From the human T2T-CHM13v2.0 reference genome, Homo sapiens: DNA of 64,000 nucleotides. A program made the position numbers and the translations under genes. Each line of letters opens with the position of its first letter. Position 1 is the first letter of the stretch. Location of the stretch: assembly GCF_009914755.1 (NCBI RefSeq), contig NC_060927.1; one strand, given 5' to 3'. Of the stretch, positions 42,372 to 56,003 are shown in pieces. A model generated the notes under the pieces. It did no database searches and was not told the origin of the DNA. It saw only the letters and a program-made list of their open reading frames with translations.

Positions 42372-43929
42372 CTGAGAGGGGTCAGAAGCAGACAATAAAA
42401 GTTTAAACTAGAAAATTTGTCCATGCTGAGCACAGAGATCATTCAGTCACTTGGCAAACAGCTGTACTTTTACTGAAGAAGCTGTGTGGGAGTACCCCTC
42501 TATGGCCTTGCCTGGAGGAGGTCTAGTGGATGACTTTCACTTGTGTGCACTGATATGGGGGTGTCCTGTGTCAGGAGCCCTGGGATCAGCCATTCACTCA
42601 CTCACCCATCACCTCCTGAAGCCTCAGTTTCCACATCTACTTTCCTCAACTGTAATTCTGTGGTTCCGTGGCTAATGCCACTAATGACTGCAGAAAGTTC
42701 TGAGTCTTATGATTTTAAGATAGAGAAAGAAGGGGCCTTCTTGTGCTCTGAAGAGTGGTTGAAATGCTGACAACTATTCATTTTAAGAATGAGGAAGGGT
42801 AAGATATTGGGGTAGGGACATAAAAAGAGTTGGAAAGTTCAGTTTGAGAAAAAGCTTCTGATGAGGTATGCCAAGCTACATCAGGATCCCAAGCCTGGGA
42901 TTCAGGTTGGGATACGAGCAAGTTACGAAATTGCTCGTAACTTGGCCACTTCAAGTAACCAAAAGGATCTGATGACTGAAATCAGAAAAAGGGCATAGCG
43001 GAAGACAAACTCTAAAGGGTAGAAAATCAAAGGGCACCCCATTCTCCATTTGTTTATTCATCTAGGAATTTCTGAGTACTCACTATGTGCCCATGATGCA
43101 AAGCTAAATTACGCTTGCATGGGAAATAAGCAATAACGTGTGCCTAGCATGCAGCAGGTGTTTGATAAATCCTTGTTAAAATAATGATAAGTGGTAAAGC
43201 TGGGGTTAAAATGGAAACATGCTTAGGACAGTGCAGGAAAAGGGTGCAGAATCACACAATTTTTAATAATCTAATTGACCCTAATACTTTGGGCTGGCAG
43301 AGTTCATGATATATTTTTGTGGATGGAGACAGTGGAAATGATGATGATAATGATGTTAGCAGCTAATATTTGTCAAGAGGTGCCAGGCGTTGTGTTAAGC
43401 ACTTTATATGAATTGTCAAATTTAAAGTAGGGTAGCTTTCCAAACATTCTTTATTAGAGATTATATATAATCCTTTTCATTCCTGTATTGCCTACTGGAT
43501 CTCCCATTACCCTCCTCTTCTCTTCTTTCCTTTCTGCTATACCCCTCCCCCACGTCCTTTATTCATTTCCTCCTCTCAACTTTTCTCCACTAATTGCTAG
43601 CACTGCAATCAGGACCTAAACTACGTTATCGAGGCCAGAAGTGGTTTCATGTTTCAGCTTTACCTCTATCAGTTGTATGATGTCAGATAAATTACTTAAT
43701 CTCTCTTGCCTCATGAGAAAGAATTCTGAAAATAATACAATCTGTCCATTACTAATAGTTCAGCAAGTAGTTGTCACATCTGCCATGGCCTGTACCTTAG
43801 ATGTACTTATGAACAATTCCCAAACAAGAAATCAGAGTACCAAATATGAAGCACATGTGTTTGAGCAAGAACTACGCCGAATGTAAATAATGTCTTAAAG
43901 CCAAACACAAAGACTGTGAACCTTCTTAG

Positions 43930-45637
<1,708 letters not shown>

Positions 45638-46727
45638 TCTAATGTTGCTTTCTCATGTCCTGTATAAAATCCTTCCCCAAAGGTCCTCCTGAAATCTGCT
45701 TCTTGATTGGTTCTCCCATATATATAGACATATCTGTTGTAACGTTTTGACAAGTATTTAGCTTTTTTTTTTAATACTCATCTCAGATGTTGGTTGAATG
45801 AATTAAATGAGATAACCTATGTAAATAGGACTTAGGTCCAGTAAGATAGGATGCAAATTAGAAAAACAGTGATGATTTCTGTGTGATCCCTCCTGTGCTG
45901 TGTTCTTGGTGACTAATGAGTGTCACAGTGCCGAACACACAATGAATTCTGACTTAATTGAATTGTCGAGAGGTGTGCTGGAATGCTGATTGATTTATAT
46001 TAGGTACAATGTGAATTATAATTTAGGCTGTCACTGTGGATTGCTCTCAGTCAACAAAGACTATGTAATTGCAAAAGGCAAGGACAGGATGAACTCTAAC
46101 TTAAGATAACACTTGACATTTGCAAAGAGGAAATGGGACTTTACACAGCCAATAGCAAATGTGTGGCTCTCATTACTCCCAAAGGAGGTACACGCTAAAA
46201 ATATAAATGGGAGGAACATGACCATACCTACATTCCAGGCTGAGAGGCCATGTGGGGTTACAGCCCTTCCTCTTGAGCGTAACTTAGGGGAGGACACCCG
46301 GCTTACCCACCACCTGTTCCTCCGTGTCAGTGTCAGAAAGAGGCCTGGTCCAGCTGGCTCAGGTCCTGACTGAGCCCTCCTGGAGGTTCTCATGTGCCTG
46401 AGAGAGTTCCTGAAGAAGGTTTCTGGACTAGTTAGGGAGGGTGTGTGGACGGAGGTCAGGGTAGGAACATGATGGAAGTGGATCTGTGGCTGGTGACCCT
46501 GGCAGTGGGATCAGGACTGCCTCTCAGGCTCCATCATCACAGAGCCAAGTGTCAGGGTGGGGGCAGAAGCAGGCCCTGCCAGGTAGCACTGCCCGGTGTG
46601 TGTCTGTTCCGGGGTTGGCTCATATGTTGGCTTGAGGGACTCCCTGATAAAAGTAGTAGGAGACACATGGAATCCAGTGTTTCCAGGTCCAGCAAACTAT
46701 CCAGGCAGGGGAGTCCTTAAAAGGGTG

Positions 46728-46784
46728 AGTGTGTGTGCGCGTGTGTGCATGCGTGTGCATGTGTGTGTGTGTATGTGTGTGTGT
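46728..46784 (+). repeat. (TG)n/(GC) alternating purine-pyrimidine microsatellite
   Basis: Seen directly. Confidence 0.9.
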
Positions 46785-47080
46785 AAACTCTACTCTTCTG
46801 GTGACCCTCCCATTTTAATAAAGAACAGAAATGGTAGATCCAGGCAACTTGGCTTTGTCACTTTCTAGCTGAAGACCCTGGGCAAATTACTTGATGTTTT
46901 TGGGCCTTAGTTTCCTCAGTTGTTAAATGGAGTAATAATCATATTCAACCCATAGAGTTGTTATGAGAATCAATGAGGCAATATGATACGTAGTGCCTGC
47001 CACATGCTAGCCATTCAGTAAGTGAGAGCTACAAAGAAAGTGACCAAAGCCTGAGGGATTGGCAGAGATAAGAAGAGTAG

Positions 47081-47476
<396 letters not shown>

Positions 47477-48206
47477 AAGCAATTCTTTACTGAACAGCTG
47501 CTGTGCTCCAGGTACTTTCCTTTAGAGTCTGGGACCAGAGAGGGAAAAGCCTAGATTTGTACTTCAGAGTTCACTGTGCAGAAGACAGAAAGGAGACCAG
47601 ATTATTAGAACAGACAGCAAGATGTGCACCAGTTAGCATAAGTAAAAGGACTAGAACAGGCACACAGGAGTGCTAGGCTGTGGGGTGGAAGCTGGTGAGG
47701 GCTGTGGGGTGGAAGCAGGCTTCACAGTGGAAGTGAGGTTCCGTGGTCTCATCTAGAAGGGGAAATGCATTTCAGAGGGGAGAGTAGGGGCCAAGGCATA
47801 GAGCTGCAAAACAATGTGGTGTGTTTAGGGAAGTACTAGTGGTTCAGCATGGCTAGTATGAGCAAAAAATATGAAGGAGGGAGAGCTGGAAATGTGACTA
47901 GAGAGCACTAAAAGGTTTAAGTTACCCTATAACAAGTGTGGGTTTTTATGTTGTGGCACTAGGGTCTTCCAGAAGAGTTTAAGCATACAAGTAACATGGT
48001 CTACCCAGGGGCCAGCATCTTCCTACCCTACCTCACCTATGGCTAGGAGCCCAGGAACTCTTTTCAGAGGAAGAGTGCCCCCGCCTGTAGCTTCACACTG
48101 GCAGGGGTGCGGAGGACAGATGTAAGAGGGGAAACATGGAGGCACGGATATTGCTAGGCTACAGTGGGACGGGGTGAGGCGGTGCTGCCACCAGGCTCCC
48201 TGTTAC

Positions 48207-48315
48207 CTGGAACACCCCCTCCTCAGAAGGCTGTAGTGATTCCCACTCAGGAGAGTCCATGAACTGGTATGGAAAGATGTAGTGCAGAAACTGCCCATCC
48301 TGGCTCACACGAACC
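48207..48315 (-). CDS. POPDC2: POPDC2 exon 2 (VRVSQDGQFLHYIFPYQFMDSPEWESLQPSEEGVFQ)
   Basis: Acceptor cttgccag|G, donor CAG|gtaaca; contains the DSPE cAMP-binding motif and FQ of FQVT. Confidence 0.97.
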
Positions 48316-48547
48316 CTGGCAAGGGAAGAGAAGAGATCATGTGGGAAAAGGAAAATGGCTCTCCAAGCCACCTATGCTGAAGTTAGGTGTCGCTGATTAA
48401 CATGAATCTTCCTGTAGAAATACTTTGCCTAAAGCATGGTAAAACCCAAAGCTAGACTAGCCAGCCTAATTACTGCATGCAAGTAGTTCAGAAAAGGAAC
48501 CCATTGAGACTTCCAGAACCCTCATTTTTCCTCCTCCTTCTCCTTAC

Positions 48548-48730
48548 TGGTGGTTCTCAATTTCAGGCTGCAGAGTAGAAGTCCCAGGGAAGCTTTTAAA
48601 AAAAAGCACCTAGGCTTGGGCCTTATCCCAGAGCAATTAAACAAGAATCTCTCTAGGTAGGAACTGGATATTATTAGTATTTACATCTCCCCAGTGATTC
48701 TAATGTGTAGCCAAGATAGAAACTACTGCT
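48548..48730. mobile_element. MER5A-like remnant
   Basis: tggttctcaa...gtgattctaatgtgtagccaagatagaaactactg termini. Confidence 0.7.
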
Positions 48731-48746
48731 TAAGAACTCTGCTGCT

Positions 48747-49043
48747 GGCCCGGCGCAGTGGCTCACACCTGTAATCCCAGCACTTTGGGAGGCTGAGGCA
48801 GGTGGATCACCTAAGGTCAGGAGTTCGAGACCAGCCTGGCCAAGAGAGTGAAACCCCCATCTCTACTAAAAATACAAAAATTAGCCAGGTATGGTGGCGG
48901 GTGCCTGTAATCCCAGCTACTTGGGAGGCTGAGGCAAGAGAATCACTTGAACTCGGGGGTGGAGGTTGCAGTGAGCCGAGATCACACCACTGCACTCCAG
49001 CCTGGGCAAAAGAGCAAGATTCTGTCTCAAAAAAAGAGAAAAG
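48747..49043 (+). mobile_element. Alu (AluS-like)
   Basis: Alu consensus; TSD aagaa..ctgctgc. Confidence 0.93.
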
Positions 49044-49056
49044 AATGCTGCTGCCT

Positions 49057-49227
49057 ATTTAAGTTTACATTTACATTAATTAAAATTAAATAAAATTAAA
49101 AATTCAGTTCCTTACCTAATTACAATATGGGTGTTCAATAGCCACATATGGCCTGTGACTACCATGTTGTACAACATAGATCTAGAACGTTTCTGTCATC
49201 ACAGAAAGTTCTGTTGGATCCGCTGCT
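49057..49227. mobile_element. MER3-like hAT-Charlie remnant
   Basis: aattaaaattaaataaaattaaaaattcagttcc...catcacagaaagttctgttgga. Confidence 0.65.
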
Positions 49228-52200
49228 CCACAGATTCTCCTTTCTCCCTTCCCATTAGCTACATGAAGATTCATGCTTACATTTAACCACTTTGTAGACT
49301 TTGAAGGAAGTGGCAAGTCTACCATATGCCAGACTCTGCTAGACACTTTACCAGTGTTCTCTTATATAATGTTCACAACACCACAAGGTAGATTATTCTT
49401 TTCTGTATTTTATAGCTAAGGAAACTGGTGCTCAGAAGGGTTGAGTGGCGAGCTTAAGGCTACATAGCGATCAAGTGGCGGAACTAAAATTCTATGTTCT
49501 TAGCACAACACCATGTTGCCACCCTATTACTACAGCTTTGGGTAGATGGTAGTGGACTCTCCTAGCATGACCCTTTCCCGGACCTCTCTAACCGTAGGTG
49601 ACAATAACAGCTTGTTTCTTTAGACAATGAGATCCCATGCACCCTATCCAGCTGATGGTCCTAGAGTGAACACCTGACTCAAGCTGAGCCAATCAAACTC
49701 CTTCCCTGGGAATTTGGAAATGGAATTGCGTGTAAATCATGCCTTGGATGGGGACAATTATCAGGCATTATTAACAAAACTAACACACTCCTCCCTGAAG
49801 GAACTAAAAAAAATTTTTTTTTATCACGTAACTCAGACTTTGAAAAGCATGGGTCCCAATTGGCTATAGAGAAAATAAACTTGAAATCACATAAAATGTC
49901 CTAGTAGGACATGTTCTTGTTTCTAGCACTACCTGAGGCTTAGGTGCATGTCTTTCCTTGAGTTTCATAAGAAATCCTTGTATCTTTTTAAATAAAGACC
50001 TTTTTTCCCCCTTCTGTTGGCTAGAGTGGGTTACTGTGGCTGCAGCCAGAAATCCGGATTATTTGCTTTAATTTTATGAATATTCTTAAGTCTTAAGTCT
50101 TAAGTCATTAACTGCTCTTGACTTGCCCATGACCACAGGCTTGGTTTCACAACTTAAGGGGTTAGGAGCCTTACTATTGCTGCTTGGTGCCTTTGTACCC
50201 TTGTGGCTGTACCTAGCCTAGTGCTCTGCCCCTGCAGGGTAAAAAGACTGCATTCCATGAGAACTTGTTAGAACTGATGGCATGTCATTGATGATACCTG
50301 AGGACAGGGAGTGTATTTCAGATGTGAGGCCACATCTGGAAGAAGATTAGAATCCAGTATGGGCTTTATCCTTCCCCCAACCCAACCCCTGCCCAGAAAA
50401 CTCAGAGTTTCATCTTTAACCTCTCTTCTAAAGTGAGTTATATCAGGCAATAGGGGTGCCTCTATTAGGCAAAGGGGGAAGATGAAAAAGATCTCTAAGG
50501 TACACCTTGTTCATTTGGGGGAGATATCCTTCCATTATTTCTGGAGGTTTATTGGCTAAACAAATATTTCTGGAGCATCTCTCATGTTTCTGGAGATCTG
50601 GGAATGCAGAGATGGGCACAATCTGGTCTTTGCCTTTGAGGATTTCACAATTTAGTGGAAGTCACAGGCACATAAATAACTGGCTGCAAGTCAATGTGAT
50701 AGGTGCTATTGTGGAACAGTAACAGAGGAGAGAGAAAGATTGGTTCTCTTTGGGCAGCAGACCTCTCGAAGGAGATGACATTTGAGCTGAATTTTGAGGG
50801 ATGCAAAGGGTATTGAGAAGCAGATAAAGATGAGAATGAACAAAGACCTGGGAAATCCAGTGTGGCAGTCTGTTCTCCAGTATCTGCTTTCTTCTCTTCC
50901 TTAGTGGTGCTAGATTTTAACTGGACACATGACTGCAGAGAAAAAAATCAACATTTCTCTACTTCCCTGGCTGCTAGGCATAGGCAAGTGATAAATCCTG
51001 GCCAATGGGATATCAGCACTCCTGAGCCTTGCTCTTAATGAATGCCTAGGTATACATGCGTGTATACAAATTACCAAAGACCAGCACCAATTAAAAAAAC
51101 AATTGCACCTATTATCTGACAACCTAAAGCTGGAAGACAGGAGCTTTATTCAAGACTCTGAATAAATATGTATGGAAGGGGGAAAAGAAGGAAAGAAGGA
51201 AGCAAGAAAGTAAGGATGAATAAATGAACAAAGGAAACCAAGGAACAAACTCACTTGTGTCACCATAAAAGGGGATCAAAACCTCACTGAAAAGCTTCCA
51301 TAGCAAAGGAAGACAGCAGAAGAGAATGGCGCTGCTGCAGCATATGTCAGCTCCTTAGGCGAGGATTTCGGCCACCCAGGCAAGCCACCAAAGAGTGACA
51401 ACCGTAGAGTGTAGATAATGTCTAATGATCTTCGTGCCTCGCTGAAGCCATTTAAATCGGAATGCTGTGCCCTTTATCATCTGTTTCTTCTTCCTTCTTG
51501 ATCTACTGGAAGATGGATGATCTTCTCCTAAATGAATAGCTTAGATAGTTAGTTGCCTGCTCAGGGGGTTGTATATATGGAAGTTTGTGTTTTGAATTTT
51601 ATATGAGAGAAACGTCTAAGTTAAGCGCTGCTTAACAGGGTGATAGACTTTGAGAAAGTCACTTTCCCTCTCTGAGTTTTGAAAGAGATTGGTTTCCTTT
51701 ATTAAAACAAAACAAAAAGACTTCTGAGGTTTGAGTGAAGGACTCTAGAGAACAGTGTGCATGTGAGATGTGGAAGTCTGCACAAGAGTCCCCACTTCCT
51801 GGCACAAAGTTCTTGTCTGCTGCTTTGAGATGTTTGGTCCCTTACTGTAACCAGCCCAAGGTTCAGTGATTCTCCTTTAAAACTAGAGCCCAGTCATAGA
51901 CTAGAAGCCTTTTCCTCTATGTCCAGCTCAGCAAAGCTGAGACAGGGTGACACTGAAAGATAACAAAACTCTTACTCCAAACCTTGAAAGGCAGGAAAAA
52001 AAAAAATCAAAATTGTCTAATTTCTGACTCAGCCTTTTGATGCTAAGTATACCAGGAAAAGCTACACCAAGGGCAAGCCCCCCTCTTCCCTTCACTGGGA
52101 AGTGATCTTATACAAGTTCACAGTAAATCTATCCTAACTGAACTATACAGTAACCATACATGCTTCCAGCAAATGGGCACCCTACACTGGAGGGAGCACT

Positions 52201-53632
52201 TCTGCTGCTCTCAATTTCCTCCTTTGAACAGACGAGCTATAACATCATGGGTCTCATGAATGAGCAAGTTCCCTAAATTGTCTTTAAGCATGGAACTATA
52301 GGTGCAAACATTTTCACAATAGTTATATGTATTTGTATTTACATCTATATCTGTTTACAAATAATCGCATTGGTTTACACTTTCAGTTCACCAATAAATG
52401 AAATGAAATGTACCCTCACAAAATGTCTCCCCTCCTAGCTCACTCTATCCAGGACCTCTGAGTTCAAACAAAATCAAAACATATATACATGATACTTCAG
52501 GTTCTATAAATGAATACACAAACACGTATTATTACTATTAGTGGTAGTTGTAGTACCATTAGCATCATTGTCAAACTTTTTTCTCCATTGTGTGGTTGGC
52601 AGTATTATCTGGATTTGCTTTTTTTTTTTTTTTCTTGGAATTGGAGCCTTCTAATTGCCATCTTACCTTTTCTATCACATTCTCCTGGTCTCAAGAAAGC
52701 TGGTGGAGTGGGGGTTGTGGGGCTCAAGAGCCACTAGGGCAGTATAAAAAAATCCACAATTGCCTACTAAGTGTGTAGCACAGAGCCCCGTGATGTTTTC
52801 TCAGAAGAAATCAATGCCCAACATTCACATCCAGGTTGACTGGGCATACACTGATCCTGACTAAGACCATTTCTGCCCATATCTGACTGTCAGCCTTCTC
52901 CAAAAGAGGCGGTGCTTCCACAAAAGCCTTGATGAGATAGGTGTATCACTTCTCTTCTCCCATTGTTGGGCCCTCAGATTTACAGTACTGTACTTGACTT
53001 CTTAGTCTTCAAGAACCTCAATAGAACAACTGGAAATGGAAAGGTGGGCAAGGGGTATTCACTCTCCCTACCTGGCTACATACAGCTACCCCAAACACAA
53101 GTGGGGCTGTTTGCTTGATGCCTTGGCAGGGAACAGGGGTTATGAGAACCACCCCGCTATCCCGACCTCCCATTTCTGGCATTGTTCCCTGAATACAGTT
53201 GGTGCTTAGCAAATGTTGAATTTGAGTAAGGAACAGATTAACCTTATTGAAATGTTAGTTTTTCAAAGCTTACAGAGATATTGCTGCAGCTTAGGCATGA
53301 CACACTGATATGTGTGTGGTGATGGTAGAGGGGTTATTTAAGGCCCAGGCTCAAGACACACGCACTGCACACCTTCCAGCAGCAAGTGCACATACAATCA
53401 TTCTTGCCAACCAAGATGCCTCATGAACTGGTTTCTTCTTGGAAAATGCCAAGAAAGAGGAAGCAACCCCACTCTTAGAAAAATCTATTTTGGTTTGTTT
53501 GACTTGTCACATCCTTCCCTCAATGGAAGGGGACACGAAATGGAAAGGGACATGAAATGGAAAGGGACACACTAGGAAATGAGAAGTGTGGGCTGGGGAA
53601 AGAAATTCTGGGCAATGGATAGAGTAGCTTAC

Positions 53633-54123
53633 CGGCCAGAGAGCAGCAGGGACAGGCGGTTGATGGGTGTCTCACCCTCCACAGCATAGGTCTGTTCAGT
53701 GGCCAGAGTTAAGACCTGCTCCTCGCAGCAGTGAACAATCTCCTTGTATGTCTGTAGGGGCACCTGCAAGGGCAGGCACAGCGTCTTGTAGAGGAGGTCA
53801 AACTCCTCAGGGAGGGTGTCCTCACGCAGGCGGTATACCAGGTGTGCCAGCTGGAGCAGGCAGACCACAGCCAGCAGGAAGCTCCAAAGAACAATGTCCA
53901 GGCCACAGGCACTGAACCAGCCCCACAGCACGCAGCACAGGTAACCTGCACTCAGGAAGCCAAAAAGATAGAAGCATCCATACACCCCACTGCCCCCCAT
54001 GAAGCCCAGGAGTAAGAGGCAGTTGGCTAGGTGGTAGACAGCCCCTTCCACATCCTGCTTCCACCTAATGCACGCTGAACCCTGCAAGAGAAGCTGGCCC
54101 ACTCTGCTGCTGTTGGCGCTCAT
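53633..54123 (-). CDS. POPDC2: POPDC2 exon 1 coding part (MSANSS..., three TM helices, start of Popeye domain)
   Basis: ORF 53629..54123; ATG in AAAGATGA context; N-glycosylation sequon NSS; donor GGCCG|gtaagc. Confidence 0.97.
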
Positions 54124-54249
54124 CTTTGGGGCCTCTCAAAGCCTCACTGGGCTCTAATACTGTCCTCACATAGGAAATTCAGAAAATGAATGAATCCATC
54201 CGCTCAGGGGTCTTCTCACCTCCGGCTTCTCACTACCGACTCCACCTTT

Positions 54250-54870
54250 CCTAGAAGGAATGCTTCCGGTGGCTTTGGGAAGGAATGATGGAACATAGTA
54301 CACTTCATGGAGAATTTAAAAACCTCTTTCTCTCTCTCTCTCTCTCTCCCCCTCTCCCCCCCTCTCTCCTCCCCCCAACACCTCCCCACCACCCCCGCTG
54401 TCTCAGCAAGGCTCTGGCTCTCCCTGCAGAGCTCTGGCAAGCTTCCTTGGTTCCATGTTTCTTGGGAGTCTTCAAATTTGGTTCTTAGCAGAAAAACCTA
54501 AATAGTCCCAAGGGAAAGTAGCACTACAGGACTGAAAAGTCCAGCAGCGTGGGATGATGCGGCCACATCCTGCTCTCTGTTTTTCCCAAGCAGAATGAGG
54601 AGAGCCAGCATGGGAGGCACATTTGTGTTCCATTTGGAATGTGTTCTCTCTTGGCACCGGAAGAAAGGGTGACCCCAGATGGATACCATGTTTGGAATTG
54701 GAATCCAAGAGGTACTGGCAGTGAGAAAAAACAGGCCAGGCACAGGCAGCCTGGCAGAGCACTTAACATACCTCCCAGAGGACAAGATAAGACCTCAGGG
54801 TCAGAGAGACAGACAAGGAGAGAGAAAGGAAAAGTGAGCACAGAATTCACCTGAACACCTCAGGCAGGAA
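54250..54870 (-). promoter_or_regulatory. POPDC2: POPDC2 proximal promoter with TATA-like TTTAAA, (GA)n/G-rich tract and NKX2-5, GATA, T-box and TEAD motifs
   Basis: Directly 5' of the ATG; motifs listed in findings; TSS not determinable from sequence. Confidence 0.6.
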
Positions 54871-55573
54871 ACTGTCCCGAGCTCCCTTTGGGGAGAGCCA
54901 GACAGTGCTTCTGAGTGAGGACACATCAGAGTAGGAAAGTATGGGACTATTATCAGAAAAAATCCTAACAGTGAAAGCTGGAAAACCCCCTGAAGGCCTT
55001 TATTAAGTCACACTGCAAATATCATTATGTATTTATTTGACATCCATTTAACAAAAGTAGCTATGTAAAGTGGCTTTTTGAATTCTAAGCTGGCTTTCCC
55101 CTGCATATATCTGGATCTGGTAATAGTAAACAAATAATAATACATTGCCCAGATCATCATCCCACCCACTCCGGTGCTTCCAAATTATAATTCCCACCTA
55201 TTAAACACCCATGAAGTGCCAAACCTAGATTAGGCATTTTATACACTTATAAGTTAGTTGTGACAACAATCCTTCAAAATAAATATTATTCTCCTTCTAG
55301 ATCTGGAAGAAACTGAGGCTCAGAGAGGTAACAAGCTCCCACAGATGGTCTAAGTGGCAGAGCCAGGATTTGAACCCAAGTCTGTCAAACTTAATACTCT
55401 GTCCCAAGGGGTTTGCCAGTAAGTGGAAGTACAGTACTAGATCCATGACTCCCAACTCCACACTTCTATGAAGTCTGACAATTTTCAAGGAACTTCTGGT
55501 TGAACCTAGGAATCTACTTTGGGCTGCCAAGAGATAAAGCTGGAGTATGCAAACATTAGGCTAAGAAATGTTA

Positions 55574-55871
55574 GTTGGGCACAGTGGCTTACGCCTATAA
55601 TCGCAGCACTTTGGGAGGCTGAGGCGGGTGGATCACCTGAGTGAGGCTGGAGTTCGAGACCAGCCTGGCCAACATGGTGGAAACCCTGTCTCTACTAAAA
55701 GTATAAAAATTAGCTGGGCGTGGTGGCGGGCACCTGTAGTCTCAGCTACTGGGGAGGCTGAGGCACAAGAATCTCTTGAACCTGGGAGTCAGAGGCTGTG
55801 GTGAGCCAAAATTGTGCCACTGCATTCTAGCCTGGGTGACAGAGCAAGATTCTGTCAAAAAAAAAAAAAAA
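55574..55871 (+). mobile_element. Alu (AluS-like)
   Basis: Alu consensus with A-tail. Confidence 0.93.
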
Positions 55872-55931
55872 GGAAGGAGAAGAAAGAAGGAAAGAAGGAA
55901 GGAAGGAAGGAAGGAAGGAAGGAAGGAAGGA

Positions 55932-55995
<64 letters not shown>

Positions 55996-56003
55996 AAAAG
56001 AAA
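55872..56003 (+). repeat. (GGAA)n(GAAA)n compound microsatellite on the Alu tail
   Basis: Seen directly. Confidence 0.95.

Noticed and set aside
53521-53572. Short tandem duplications (17-bp unit here; also 2078-2104, 30388-30413, 50084-50106, 56488-56540)
   Set aside because: Two to three copies without spacers; ordinary slippage repeats.
53667-54064. Overlapping alternative-frame and antisense ORFs over POPDC2 exon 1 (also 41870-42350 and 2922-3350)
   Set aside because: Shadows of real GC-rich exons; no recognisable domain or independent support.
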